Assembly: GCA_028534125.1 (NCBI GenBank)
Contig: CM052817.1
Span: 42,720,001 to 42,784,000, forward strand
Length of the DNA: 64,000 bases
Source: Lama glama
Taxonomy: Eukaryota
Reading direction: 5' to 3'
The notes beneath the pieces were generated by a model, which ran no database searches, was not told where the DNA came from, and saw nothing but the letters and a program-made list of their open reading frames with translations. A program made the position numbers and the translations under genes. Positions 38,731 to 51,619 of the stretch are shown one piece after another. Every line of letters begins with the position of its first letter. The stretch's first letter is position 1.

Positions 38731-39392
38731 GTAATTTGTAAGAGGACCGGGAAATGTTATTGCTAACATTTTTATTTTCAGAGCTTTTTTTACCCCCAAA
38801 TTCAAACTGGTGCAAAATATAACAGTGATCATTTTATTTTTCCTCTCTAGTCATCCAGAAAAAAAATCAGCTTTTTGGCAATGGGGAATGTGTGCATGTG
38901 TGTGAATATTTTAAGGGATGAAGAAGGGAGTGGGTTCATGTAAACGTAGCAAATCAACTCTCTCTGTATTCATTTAAAAAGAAAAAAGGTCTAATAAAAG
39001 TTTATCTCTTGTTCTCTATGACCTAAGAATTCATATGTAATAAGATTATGTGAATCAAACTGTACTTGTTTTCCCATTTGCATGATTTTGAGTAAAAGAG
39101 ATTCACCAAAAAAAAAAAATTGACCGAAGTTTTCACATACTGAAAAACTTTAGTAAACTATGGTAGTACATTAGAGGAAACATCTGGCTGTTTTCCATCA
39201 CTAGAGCCCTAAAGCAGTGTTAAGTCCTACAGTCCTACTTTTATTACTGAAAGCAAGTACAAAAGTTAAAGTTTAAAATAACAGATGTTATAAAGAATTT
39301 TGAAAAATTATGGACTCTGTCATATAAAGAGTCTTCTAGGAAACAAATATTTCTAATTGTTCCTTTGGTATCCAAGACATTTTGTGTCTTGA

Positions 39393-39957
39393 TGTTACTG
39401 GAGAGTAGGTTCTTGTCTCCTCACTGAAAGAATTCAGAGACAAGACACAGAGGTCAAAAGAGTAAAGTGAGTACATATTAAGTGATAGGACACTCTCAAG
39501 GAGAATTTCTTTGCCATGCAGGTTATATGGGGTGTAAAAATGAATGGGTGGAATATTTATTGGGGAAGGAGGGGTTTTGGATCATATTCCATGATTTTTA
39601 TCCCAGATCCACTTTCCTAAGGACAGGAGGGATCTTTGTCTTTATTTAGTCTTGATCGGAAGTGTCATGGCGTCATTGCATGATGGGAATTTATAATCTG
39701 CAAAGCTAATTTTATTATAATTTTGCATAATAAGCAAAAGTTTACATGTGGACACCAGAGATTCTTGCATCTTTCCACCTTTCTTTGCCTCCAGGACACT
39801 TACCTCCCCAAAATGTGTGGTCTCTTATTAGTCTGGAGATTCCTGCTTTTCTCTGTCTGCCCACGGACCCCCATTATTCACAAGATATGTAGTTTCCTGC
39901 CATTTGGCCTGTGTCCCCCTTTCTCTGCTCATATCTAGCTATCTGCCTGCTCTGACA
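39393..39957 (-). mobile_element. ERV1-class solo LTR (565 bp)
   Basis: TGTTA...TGACA termini; 4-bp TSD ttga (39389-39392) / ttgg (39958-39961), one mismatch. The minus strand begins tgtcagagcaggcagatagctagatatgagcag, typical of class I LTRs. Confidence 0.75.
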
Positions 39958-40429
39958 TTGGTAAGTAAGTGTACCCTACTTAGTAAGATTCCCAGTGAGT
40001 GTGAGATACGCCTTTCTTTATGAAGTGGCAGAAAGGTTAATATGAAGGAAAGCTGAGAAAGAAGAACCAACACCACAGAAGGGCTCTTAGGCAGATTAGT
40101 CTAGGAAGATGTACATATGGAATTTGAGGGTACAGATTTTTGAATCCCTTAAAATTACTCATGCTTGTGTATCCCTTGTAAAGTACTGCTAAGTATGAAA
40201 AGCAATGATCCATGATGTATTTTCCATCACTTCATACATGTTCTTTAATTTTATTCTCTCCCTTATGACTGGGGAGTTGGAGGAGGGGTTAGATTAGTTC
40301 ATATCAAGTAAATATCTAAGGCTGAAGTTTCACAGCTTACGTGTGCCTAATTGATTATCATCTTTGTCTCAACTGTTTTAAGTTAATGAGTTAAGCTCAT
40401 AGATTCTAGGCTATATCTAGAGTTATACT

Positions 40430-40900
40430 CTGAAGCACCTGCTTTAGAAATATTTAAATAATTGCATATACCTTCTTTATAAGGATGGCAACCATATCAA
40501 AATGAAACCCTTCATATTCATGAAATAACCTGAAATAGTTATTTGTCAGCTGATGATAGAAATCCAGAATCAGAGATAGAAAAATCAGTTTAGGATGACA
40601 GTGCCTAATAATGGAGAAAACTGTCAGCTGTTGTAAAGCCAAAGATTGTTTATGAAATTTGTCTTAGGTCCTCTTTTATCCTTGTCCAGAGAAAATATAG
40701 ATCATTTTTTGGTTACTGATTAGAATTTTATTTCTGTAGTGAAAAGAAGTAGTTCCAGAATAATCGGACACTGCAAATAAAGAAAGAAGCCTGTATTTAT
40801 AGCTTAAGATTATGTACACCAGTACAATTCTTATTGGAAAACATTTTGGTCAGTTACGTTAAAAAACAAGTTCCTGTCCTTGATCAGGAGAAAACATAAT
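40430..40900 (+). mobile_element. CR1/L3 LINE fragment (very degraded)
   Basis: Weak resemblance to CR1 ORF2 (gtcttaggtcctcttttat..., gaagcctgtatttatagcttaag...caccagtacaatt). Confidence 0.35.
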
Positions 40901-41223
40901 AGTGGCTTATCAAAGAATGTAAAGGTTTTAGAATACTCTGTAATTCATGGCTTATCCCTGAGAATTCAAGCTTTGTAAATTATAAACCTTTTCCAAGACA
41001 TGGTACACACTGTCTTATGTTAGACAGGGCTCAGCTAAGCCAAGGGCATAAATTTATTTTCACTTTTTCACCCTGAATTCTTCTTTCATCATTGATACTG
41101 GTATTCTATTTTGCTTTTCTGGCTTAAGTTGTACACTCCTCACCTAGATTAGAAATCCTTCAAAATAACCTACATTCATATCACTTTTTCAATTCCTTTT
41201 CCCCTTCTGTCTCTACTTCTCAT

Positions 41224-41253
41224 AGATAGATAGATAGATAAGATAGATAGATA
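41224..41253. repeat. Interrupted (GATA)n microsatellite
   Basis: agatagatagatagataagatagatagata, seen directly. Confidence 0.9.
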
Positions 41254-41629
41254 AGCAGACAGCCCAATAAATCGATCAACAGATCGATTGATAGGTTGAT
41301 CTTACATCATAACTGGTAATAAGCATTGTTTTAAATTCACACAAAATTACTCATAACTGGCAGGCTTGCCCCTCTAAGGAATATTTATATTTAACTCAGA
41401 TGAATCGCTGATTGGTAGGATAAACCTTCTTCATCAGTATTCTCCTCCTGTCAACTGTGAGATCTAAACTGGGACTCTGGGATGTCTTGCTACCTTGGGC
41501 CACAGTTTTCAAAGGAAAGGAAGAATGCACTTCTTATCTATGAACAAATGAAGGGACAGAGTACTAAGAAGAAATGTTTACCTGAAACTTTACTTTCTGC
41601 ATCTTTCCTTCAATTCTTTCTTGTTCTTT

Positions 41630-41800
41630 CTCCCACATCTTTGATAATCTTAATGTCCCAATTTATACATCTATAAAATAGGAATAATTATAGAGTTGCT
41701 ATAAGGACTGTAAAGTCGTTACAAGGTTTGAATAAGAAAATTTATGTAAATTACTCAGACCAATATCCAGAAAATATTAGGTGTACAATAATATTGGTTC
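41630..41800 (+). mobile_element. MIR 3' fragment
   Basis: atctataaaataggaataattatag...aataagaaaatttatgtaaattactcagacc. Confidence 0.45.
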
Positions 41801-44359
41801 CAGTTACTTCCCTTCTAGTTGGTGCATAAGCATTTTAGTAAGGCTAATAATTCTAATACAGGACTTTATATTTGAATATCACTTAATGCAAAAATCACTT
41901 AGTGATCATAAGCTGTTTCTGTCTTCCCTGTCTTCCCTGTTCTTTCCTGATTTATCTTTGAGAGTGTCCAGGCAAGAGCAGCAGGTACTCAAGTAAAAAG
42001 CATGAATGAATGAAATGAAAGGGCTCACAGATGAGGAATAATTGAGCCAATGAAAGTTCTACAAAACCCCACTTTTTATCATAATGGTAAGACAAGAGTC
42101 CTTTACAATCAAAGAATATCTGTTATTTTAAGAAGAAATATTCCAGTACAGTTTTATGCCAGTAGTGAAGTCCGTACATCTTCCCTCTGTTTTCAAATCT
42201 GAAAGCCAAATTATATCTTAATATATTCTTGCACAAAAGGTAAAAATAAGAGGTACGAATAACCAGGAATGCTTACCAAATTTCTTAATCAAGATGTGTT
42301 TCTCCAAATATGACAATGAAAATTAATGTAAAGTAAGAAAACATGATTATCAGTGAAAAACCAGTAAATTGCAAACCCAGTTTTCACTTTGGAAATACAA
42401 GTAAAAAAATATTTGAAATGTTTTAAAAATACACAGTAAAATGCAGTATTCATAGGTGTTTATGCTTTTTGAAAGGGGAAAAAATGGCTTATAGTGCCAT
42501 TTCATTCTTTGTGTAGAACAGTCTGTTTTGCCTATTTAAAAAAATGAGCAATAATCTCCAAGAAATCATTTTGACCAGCATTAATGAGTAGTGTGGTAGT
42601 TAACAGCTCGAGGCATAGCCAGAGGCCATTAAGGCTCCAGGGGGGAAAAATGGTTGGGGGATTGTGGTTTACCTGTAATTAACTATAGGTATGAATCAAA
42701 ACTTCCTAAGAAAAGAGATAGAAGTTACTCTGGATTATCATCTCTGTGTTTATCTTTTCATACACTGCCCACCCCCACCTTTTTTAGTAAACAGGAAAAG
42801 AGGAGGCTACCATCATTTCTCAAACCAGATTGGAATCGAAATAATTCATTTAATGAAACAGCAACACTCCGGGGACCAATTAATGCCTTTCCAAGCTTAA
42901 ACTATACAACCATAAGAGCCACTTTAAAAAAAAAAAAACAAACTCAGTCTAACACATTAGTTGATTGTTGGTGAACTGAAACTCAATCATGAGATCATAA
43001 GGATTTTTTCGAGCTTTTTTTTTTCAGTTTTTAATCCTATCTCAATAAAGGTAAATACATAAGGATTATAAATAAACAAATCTGAAGTAATATAGATTGG
43101 GGGAACCTCAAGAGGGTCAGGAGATAATGAAGATTATACCTCAATATTGGGATTATGATGTTAGTTCTTTATTTCAATAAAAGTGGATAGAGATCTTTCA
43201 TATCAGGGACAGGGCTTAGCTGTAAGGACAAAGTAATCTTCTGGGAATTATGCATACAGGCTTGACATCATTTTTATTGGATGGCTGATGAACTGGAAAA
43301 CTCCAGGATAGCCAGGCTTTAATTTGTAATCTTAATTTTCATATAAATCGGTACATTTCAGGGGGAGGGAGTGGGGGATGTGGGGGACTTTGATGTTTGC
43401 TAGCCTTGTGGTAATAAGACAGCGCTAGAGCATGGGCTGCAGTACTAACTCATCCAGTATCTGATTCTGTCTTTTCCTCTGTACAGCTGTCTTCCATCTT
43501 TACATTTATCATTTAAAGAAATTTACAGCCTGCAAATACCAGAGAAGCTGATGTTAGTGCAGTCTTTCTACCACCTTCTCTTGGAATGATCTATAGTAAC
43601 CTACTTATCATAGACATGCACACTATAATGTACAATAATTTAATCTTCTGCCAGGAAAATGAATGCAATTGTTTTCCAAGCATGCACTAATAAGGTTTTT
43701 TTCCTTCTTTTTATCTTTTTTAAAGGCTACAGGCATGAGAGAATACTAGTTTCCCCCCATAAAACAATTATCTTGGTGTTTCCCATATATACTTTCATAT
43801 CTACAGGATTATATAAGGGTAAAGTTATCAAATGAAAGCATAGTAGTGATTTATCTGGTCACATAGAAACTTGGCCCATACACTTCCAATATAAAATGCA
43901 GGTGCCTTTCACATTGTAAAAAAAGTAAAGTGCTATTTATTAAATGGGATATTTTAGAAATATATCAATAAAATAGAATTTTCTCTCTAGACTGTTCTAG
44001 TCTCTTACATCATCAGTAAAATTGAATCTTCATGCAAAATTATTATAATCAAAGACTATTTGAGTTGAATTAACCATAGAAAACAAGTAATACACAAAGG
44101 GGATATTATTTGTTTACAAGCACATATTTTTACTCTCCCTTTCAAGTAATGCTTCTACAGCTTTTCTTTTCAATTTAAATTTTTTTCTGTTATCCTTTGT
44201 TATCTTGTTATTATCGTACAGCTGTTTTACTTCCTGGTCCAAAAACAATATGCCTTGACGTTGGCCACTTTCTTTCTATATGTCTTGCTTCTTTTGCAGA
44301 AATGCTGACATATGTCTTGTCTCTGTTTAGGCTAGAATGATACAAATCTTACTCGACTA

Positions 44360-44700
44360 ATTAATCCACCCATCCATCTATCCATTATGTCAAGCACTGT
44401 ATAGAGTGATAGGTGTATTTATAGGATTTACAGTATTTTATCTTAAGGAATTAATTACTTAGTGGGGAGATAGACTTGTAACAACAACAAAAAAAAAATC
44501 AAGAAGGCTTCTAGGAAGAAGTCACATTGGGGCTGAGATTTATAGACAAGAAGAGATAAGCAAAGCAAAGGCAGTGATGGATAAAAATGGGATAGAACAA
44601 CATTTGTAAAGTCAGAGCAAATGAAAGGAAATTTGACACATAATGCAGGAATGGAATTCACAAGGGTTTATAAAAATGAATATGTTTAGTGAGGTATATA
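44360..44700 (-). mobile_element. L2 fragment
   Basis: catccatccatc...tatgtcaagcactgt...tcttaaggaattaattacttagtggggagatagac...aagaaggcttctaggaagaagtcacatt. Confidence 0.55.
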
Positions 44701-45151
44701 ACTTGGTAAATGGTAGAACCTCAAAGGAAAAAATATTGATACAATCTTCAGTTGAAGGTGTGAATCTATTATAACATCGGTTAGCATTAACCTGAACGTC
44801 AATGAAACTCGTTACAATGAAAAGACAGCTGAATGTTTTCCCCAAAATTCTAATATTTAGGAAATTCCTAAAAAAATCTAATTTTTTAGAACTAGAAAAC
44901 CTGGAACATACAGCTATCCATTCTAGTTCTGACTTCTAGAACCACACGAAGTATGATTAATCTTCTATTCATATTAATATCCTTGAAATATTTGAAGACA
45001 CCTATAAATTCCTTCAAAGCTCGTATCTTAAAATGTTCCTTATTTATAATAGTTTTTCAAAACTTTTAACATTTTGATTTCTTTTCTCTAGATAAGCTCC
45101 AGGTTAGTTTCTTTTATAGTGTGACATTTGGAATTGACAGTAATAGTCAAT

Positions 45152-46377
45152 TGCCGGAGTCCAGCCCCAGCGGGTTCAGGAACCTGAGGGAGGAGTAGCG
45201 TCGGCGCAAAGAAAGACACAGACAAGACACACTACAGCAGCTCATGGCAGCAGGTTCTCCGCCAGTTTTACTCATGTTGTGGTATTTATACTTATGCTTA
45301 CAAGCACTTGCAGTTTCAAAATACAGAGGGGGAAGTACAGTACTAACAATTTCAGTCTTTGTTACGCTTCCGCGGTTAGCTCTTCCGGAACAGTTCAAAC
45401 AATCTGCGCCTTCACTGTCCTTTTACTTGTCCTATTTGGCCGCTTCAATGTTCATGGGGATCTTGATTTAATCTTGTTCCTTTTCCTTCTTCCATTAACT
45501 CTGCTGTACCAGAACGTTCAGACCGACCAATTTCTCTTTATTCTTTTTGGCTCCGAGAATTTTTAAGATTATATTGACCTAGACAGACCATTCTCAAATA
45601 GCTGATTAACAGGTTGACATCAGAATTCTTTGAAGCCTGATTTAAACTTTACTTAACCTATTCAGTTAGAATCCTCCCTTCNNNNNNNNNNNNNNNNNNN
45701 NNNNNNNNNNNNNNNNNNNNNNNNNNNNNNNNNNNNNNNNNNNNNNNNNNNNNNNNNNNNNNNNNNNNNNNNNNNNNNNNNNNNNNNNNNNNNNNNNNNN
45801 NNNNNNNNNNNNNNNNNNNNNNNNNNNNNNNNNNNNNNNNNNNNNNNNNNNNNNNNNNNNNNNNNNNNNNNNNNNNNNNNNNNNNNNNNNNNNNNNNNNN
45901 NNNNNNNNNNNNNNNNNNNNNNNNNNNNNNNNNNNNNNNNNNNNNNNNNNNNNNNNNNNNNNNNNNNNNNNNNNNNNNNNNNNNNNNNNNNNNNNNNNNN
46001 NNNNNNNNNNNNNNNNNNNNNNNNNNNNNNNNNNNNNNNNNNNNNNNNNNNNNNNNNNNNNNNNNNNNNNNNNNNNNNNNNNNNNNNNNNNNNNNNNNNN
46101 NNNNNNNNNNNNNNNNNNNNNNNNNNNNNNNNNNNNNNNNNNNNNNNNNNNNNNNNNNNNNNNNNNNNNNNNNNNNNNNNNTCCCCATCTTGTCCCCGTG
46201 GGGACTTCCCAGAATCATGATTCTTAATATATCCACACAGCAAAGCGAATATTAAGCAAAATCCTAAGAAGATGCAGAGAACCCTGCCACATCTTTTCTC
46301 ACCACTGCCGTGCAGTGGGCTTCCTGTAGGCCTCGCTGTGCGTACAGCCTCAGGGTCTGGTGGCCTGGCTCCTGACA
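45152..46377 (-). mobile_element. Young class II (ERV2/betaretrovirus-like) LTR element spanning an assembly gap
   Basis: TG (45152) ... CA (46377) termini with a perfect 6-bp TSD GTCAAT (45146-45151 and 46378-46383). Minus-strand TATAAA (45290-45285) followed closely by AGTAAA poly(A) signal (45272-45267). CpGs retained. Confidence 0.85.
45682..46181. other. Assembly gap (500 N)
   Basis: Run of exactly 500 N; true length unknown. Confidence 0.99.
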
Positions 46378-47912
46378 GTCAATGTTTAGTATGACTTGTA
46401 GTGAGCAAGGAGGGACTATCCAACAGTCTTTCTCATCACTATATTTCTATTATTGTGTCTAACTTGAATTAGATTTTTTTGGCAGACTTATATTGATAAT
46501 TCATACAGGACTTTTATTCACCTAAAGAGCTAACATCCTTGCCATGTATGCTTCCATTTAATCACATCTCTGCTGTCCTCTATCACTATAGATGGATTTT
46601 GGAACCAAAATCTAGAACATGACTTTTATCCCTATTTATGTTCATTACTTTAATGTACCACTTCCCCATATAACAAGCGCCAAGAGGTCTTACGTATGAT
46701 ACAGTGTAAAATTTGCCAAAAATGGGTGAATGCAACATTATTATTGTGAACAATAATTCATATTTTAATAGTAATTAAACACAAAGGACTAAGGACACAC
46801 AATACCCAATGAATATCGACAGTTAAAGTAGCTCTTAAGTTCAATAGGTACAAATATTTAAATATTCAGATATTTCTCTTTATTCTTTAACCACTAACTG
46901 GTAGATAGTGGGTAAGAGATATTCATTAAAAGTGGGTTCAGTAGTCTTTTAGAGATGAAATAAATAATAATATAAACAGAAGCAAGACTTAAATTGAATG
47001 ATCTAGGCACAATTGAGATTTTGTAGCCAATTTAACTTTAGTTTGATTATTTCTCAGTTTTACTATGGTTTCTGAATATATAATTAGACCTTAACTTGAC
47101 TTTTTCAGATATTGAAGAGGAGATCTAGAACTTAGCCTGAAAGCAGTTACTTTTAGTGAGTGTCCAGTTCTGAGGGCCTCAGAACTTCACATGAAACCTG
47201 ATTGTTTTACTATTAAAATCTTTAATCACAGTATTATAATATGAACATTATCTATACCAAAGTTCATGGATGCAATCTAATAAAGTTACTAGAATTAAAA
47301 AAAATAAAGTGGGTTCATTCATTGGCAAACTCCTGCCCTCTATAGATAGTGAAGATGGATAAAATATAAAAAAGAATGACCAAAACAACTTAGCCAGGCT
47401 CAATAGTAAGATAAACATCTTTGTGGACCATAAAAATCAAAGCACATGAGCACCATGAGCCACAGATCTGGGAGCAGACAGCAGCAGAAGAGCATCCTTT
47501 GGGATGATAGGAAATGAAAAAGATCCAGGAAAATCAGGTAACTGGAGTCAGTATCTCCTGATAAAAGGCTGAAAAAAGTGTTGTCAACTTGATGGTTCAG
47601 ATAACAGATATACAGGGAGTTGGGTAGTGGAGAAAGATATATAGCCTAATGCCTAGAAACTAAGACAAGCTGGCTGACATCTCATAGTAATGCCCTGGCA
47701 GAGCAGAAAGAATAAGGCCTGGTTGTAGTCATGGACTGTGTCTGTGAGGAGGCAGATTCTTCACTGTCAAATCATTAGACAGAAAGACAAGAGTAAACAA
47801 AAACTTAATACAAACAGACAACAAGGGTAACAAACAGGACATGTATTCCTTCCAGAAAAAAAATACAAATGTACAAAATATCACAGTAAATATAACTGTA
47901 TTATCAGACTGA

Positions 47913-47915
<3 letters not shown>

Positions 47916-47956
<41 letters not shown>
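47916..47956. repeat. (CA)n microsatellite, ~20 units
   Basis: Seen directly. Confidence 0.95.
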
Positions 47957-47959
<3 letters not shown>

Positions 47960-48029
47960 TGCACAGTTTGGCAATATGCTGCTTATAGGAAACGTATCTA
48001 TATACCATTTGGCCTATTTCTCCAGTAAC

Positions 48030-48505
48030 CTAAATAATCGCCAATGGGTTCATGTAAAAAATGTCCACTGTGTCAGGAATGGAGACTACATATGAGCTGA
48101 ACAACATGATTTTCCTCTCACCAGAGCCGATCTGACTACCACCACTGCCAAAGGCCCAACATGGTAGCAGGCTGATCACTGTGGATCCCTTCTCTCATGG
48201 CAGGTATAGCCATTTGCCTTTATAGAAACATAAACTTATTCTGGAATGAATTTCCCTCCTAGTCTACTGCACTTCTGCCAATACCATTATTTATAAACTT
48301 GAAGAATGCCTCATTCATTGCTAACGTATCCTGGAAACAGTTTCCTCCCCTTGCCCCTTCAGGCCCAGAAGTGCTAGTGGCTTCGTGGTGTTGCTGCATC
48401 ACCCCTTGTTCGTCTCTGGTGTTCTTCTCAGGCCTTTATGATCAGACCTTCATTAAAATCTCTTCAGTCACCCTTTTTGAGCATGTCATCTGTTTCCTGA
48501 CACCA
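48030..48505 (+). mobile_element. ERVL internal (integrase-region) fragment joined to an ERVL LTR 3' portion
   Basis: gccaatgggttcatg...caacatgattttcctctcaccagagccgatctgactaccaccactgcc...ttattctggaatgaatttcc resembles ERVL pol; cttcattaaaatctcttcagtcaccctttttgagcatgtcatctgtttcctg resembles an LTR40-type end. Confidence 0.55.
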
Positions 48506-48559
48506 CCATCAATCTACCTTTATATCTCTAAATATCCCCAAATCTCTATTTATAAGTTT

Positions 48560-50705
48560 TAAATAATATCTCTATCCATCTTATGATAAGTAGATAAGCA
48601 TATTTATTCCACCTCTTACTACTCTCTCCTCATTTACTTTTGTTGGATGTGTAATTTCTATATGGTCTAATTTTTGACATTTACAGTCTAATTTTTATCA
48701 TAATTCTCACATTTGTTTTGATCTTAGTTGCAGGGACAATGGATTCAATTCCTATAATCAATCTTTTGTTGTAGTTTCTCCATCTATCAAAGGAAGGCTG
48801 AAGTTAAAAACTTAAAAACTTATATTCCCTGAGTTCCTGTATGTTCAAAATTGTTGCCTTTATGTTGAATGGCAGTTTGTCTAGGTATAAAGATTCCTGA
48901 GCCACTCTTTTTTCAAGACTTACTTGGCTATGATTGTTTTACAGTTTTGAGTATTGCTATAGGGAAGTCTGAGGCTGTCCTGCATCTTTCCACTTTAAAT
49001 ATCTTAATCTTTTTATCTGGATGCAGGCTATAAATAAATATATATTGAATTATGAAACTTTACTAGGATAGGTTTGAGTATTGATCATCTGTGCTATTTT
49101 TTTCTCTTGGCTGTGGTATAAGCATCCCATCTGTAGGTTCAACTTTTATTTTTGGTAAGTTATCTTGAGTTATATCTTTAAATATTTGTTTGGTTACGTT
49201 ATTTTCGTTCTCTTTGTCCACGACACTGATTTGCATGTCTTCCATATCTATTCTTTTCTCTCTTATCTTTTAAAACTATATTTTAATTTCATATTATACC
49301 TTTTCTAATTCCTACCATTAATTGTGCCTGTGTTTTCAGAAGAATCTATTTTCCTTTGTGCTGCTTCCAGTCTGGCTCATTTCTATAATATTTAATTTCT
49401 GAGCTTTGCCGTTTTCATTGTCTTAGGATCTTTGCAAAAAATAGATGGCACACTCAAATTGAAGAAAATTACTAAAGGGATTGCTTATAAAGGTGAAGGC
49501 AGAATGCAGGAAGCACATGAGGGTTAGTGCAGTACCCCCTTGGGGGCCACTGTCAACTGACTGTAGGTCTGAAGGGGCAAAGGGAGGGAGTAGTAACTGG
49601 AACCCAAAGACAGAGCCATTTAAAAGTCTCTCCTTACTTAGTCAAAGGACCCAGCCAGCCCAGTATGACCCCACTAGGGGGCCCAAGGGAATAACTTGAC
49701 CTAGTCTCCTCATCCCCTCCATCCTTCTTCTAGTAGTCCCAGCCAAGCCCAACTAGAAGCTAGGGAAAAGGAAGCCTTTTGAATAGTTCAGAGGTCAGCT
49801 TCCTGGAGAACAGATCAGGATAAAGAAGAGTAAGGAGTGTCTCTAGAGGGGCATCTTTCCTCAGCTCTTATATACCTACTGTCTCATTAAGGGTTTTTAC
49901 TAATTCTTGATGACATATGTGGTCATAATTTTTATCTCCTCCTTGGTGTATTTTTCTTGGTGAATGTTCTTCTTCTAATATTTGGGTTTTTTTTTTTTTC
50001 TGTTTTCTGTATTTTTCTGTTTCTTTACCTTTTTTTTCCCCCTGCGATAGCCTTGTTTAAAGTCTCTGCTGGTTCCTGTTATGATCACTCATCTTTCAAA
50101 TGATCACCCTCCCTATCAGCATTCTGAGATTTGATAGGAGAGTGGATAAAGCTATGGTGCAGACTCCCCACAGTTCTGCTAATGACAGAGCGGCCGGGGC
50201 GCATGGCTTAATTTAGCTGTTACATCTTCCCTGCTAACAAACTGCAGCACTGCTAACAATATAAAGGGTCTCGCCTCCTTTTTCCTACGACCAGAGGTTA
50301 CTTTCTGTGAATATGGGTTGTTCATGTGACTCCACAGTTGACCCTGACCTCACTTCCAAGCATCCAGAGATGTTCCCTGTTCCCATTGTTGTAAATAAAT
50401 TATGTATTATTTTACATTTCACCATTGCACACTTATTTGAGAGAGCTGTGCTGAGCTTTTGCTGAGCTCTGTCACTATACAGGTCTTCTCTTCACATGTT
50501 CATCTGTCCCAGCTGGCCTTTACTGCTTTTGGCAGTTCCTTTTTTCCTACTTTGTTATGATTGTTTGAGGTTTCACATATCTCCCAGTTCTATCAGAGAT
50601 CAAGTTTGCATTACTTTTTTCTCCTCTTTCTTTTTTGGTTCTTGGATGATTTTTTTAAATAAAAGAATTCATAGACCTCAATCCATCATTTTAAAACCAG
50701 AAATC
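48560..50705 (-). mobile_element. Ancient L1M/HAL1-like fragments flanking an ERVL LTR
   Basis: ggcagtttgtctaggtataaagattcctgagccactc...gagtattgctatagggaagtctgaggctg; minus translation FKDITQDNLPKIK resembles L1/HAL1 ORF1. Confidence 0.55.
49419..49855 (-). mobile_element. ERVL LTR, LTR40/LTR41-like
   Basis: gcaaaaaatagatggcacactcaaattg...aaagggattgcttataaaggtg...ctgaaggggcaaagggagggagtagtaactggaaccc. Confidence 0.65.
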
Positions 50706-51619
50706 ACAGGTACACTTTTGATCTTCCAACAGTCACATGCGTAAAGAACACATAAGGTTCATGTCCTACCATGTAAAAGAAAAACTCCCTGGCCAAAGCT
50801 AAAAACACATCTCATTACACTTAAGAACAGTTTTCAAGTGCTGAGTATATCTAAAAGTCTCTAGTTTAAGATTTTCCCTACGGTTTAGAGGTGTTTTCAT
50901 CTTTCAAAGATAAATCATCTGTTCCTAAGCCTGTTTTCCTTTGTTTGTGTTCTGAAGTCTTCCTAGATGCACAGTCTTCTGAAATGCCAAAATACTACCT
51001 TCAGAGCAGAAAATAGATTCTCCCAATCATATCTTATCCTCTTATCCTCCAAAGCTCCCAATTTGCCAGTGAAGGAACATGAAAGTTGATAAAGATAAAT
51101 TCTGTGTCGTAATCCCAATTGGGAGGTACACTCATCTCTTAAACAGCTCTGTCAACTTGGATTTATCTTCATGGAAGGCATATAAAGCATCGTTTACATA
51201 AATAATACGGAGCTTTGAGTTGGACAAATATCAGGGATGAGTAACTGCCCTGGAGTAGACCTATTAAATCAATCACTGGGGCTCAGACAATCAGCAAAGC
51301 ATTGACTATAGCCATACAAAACCCGATCACAACATAATCTTCCTCTGCTTCTATGAGGTAACAAAATATGCCGTGTTCATTGAACAGCTGCTTTCATAAG
51401 GAGAGCAATAATGAAAAAAATCTGCCAGAACCTTTAGTACTTGCACATGGAAACAAGATTTCCAGTGAGAAAATTAAAATGCCAACAAGATTTATACTTA
51501 CCTATGTAGATGTCCTACAATCTTAGACATGTTCCATTACTTTTAAAGTGCAAGAAGGAGAAACAATGTCATTTTTTAAAGTACTGTTATTGAAATATAA
51601 AAGTAATAGGCATGGTTCC

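Larger units (their letters stand above)
44880..46640 (-). mobile_element. CR1/L3 LINE relic interrupted by the ERV2-like element
   Basis: tccttgaaatatttgaagacacctat (left) and agggactatcc...tttctattattg...gattttggaaccaaaatctagaac...ttatccctattt (right) resemble reverse CR1. Confidence 0.5.

Noticed and set aside
45658..46243. 192/193-aa ORFs made mostly of X
   Set aside because: Artefacts of translating the 500-N gap.
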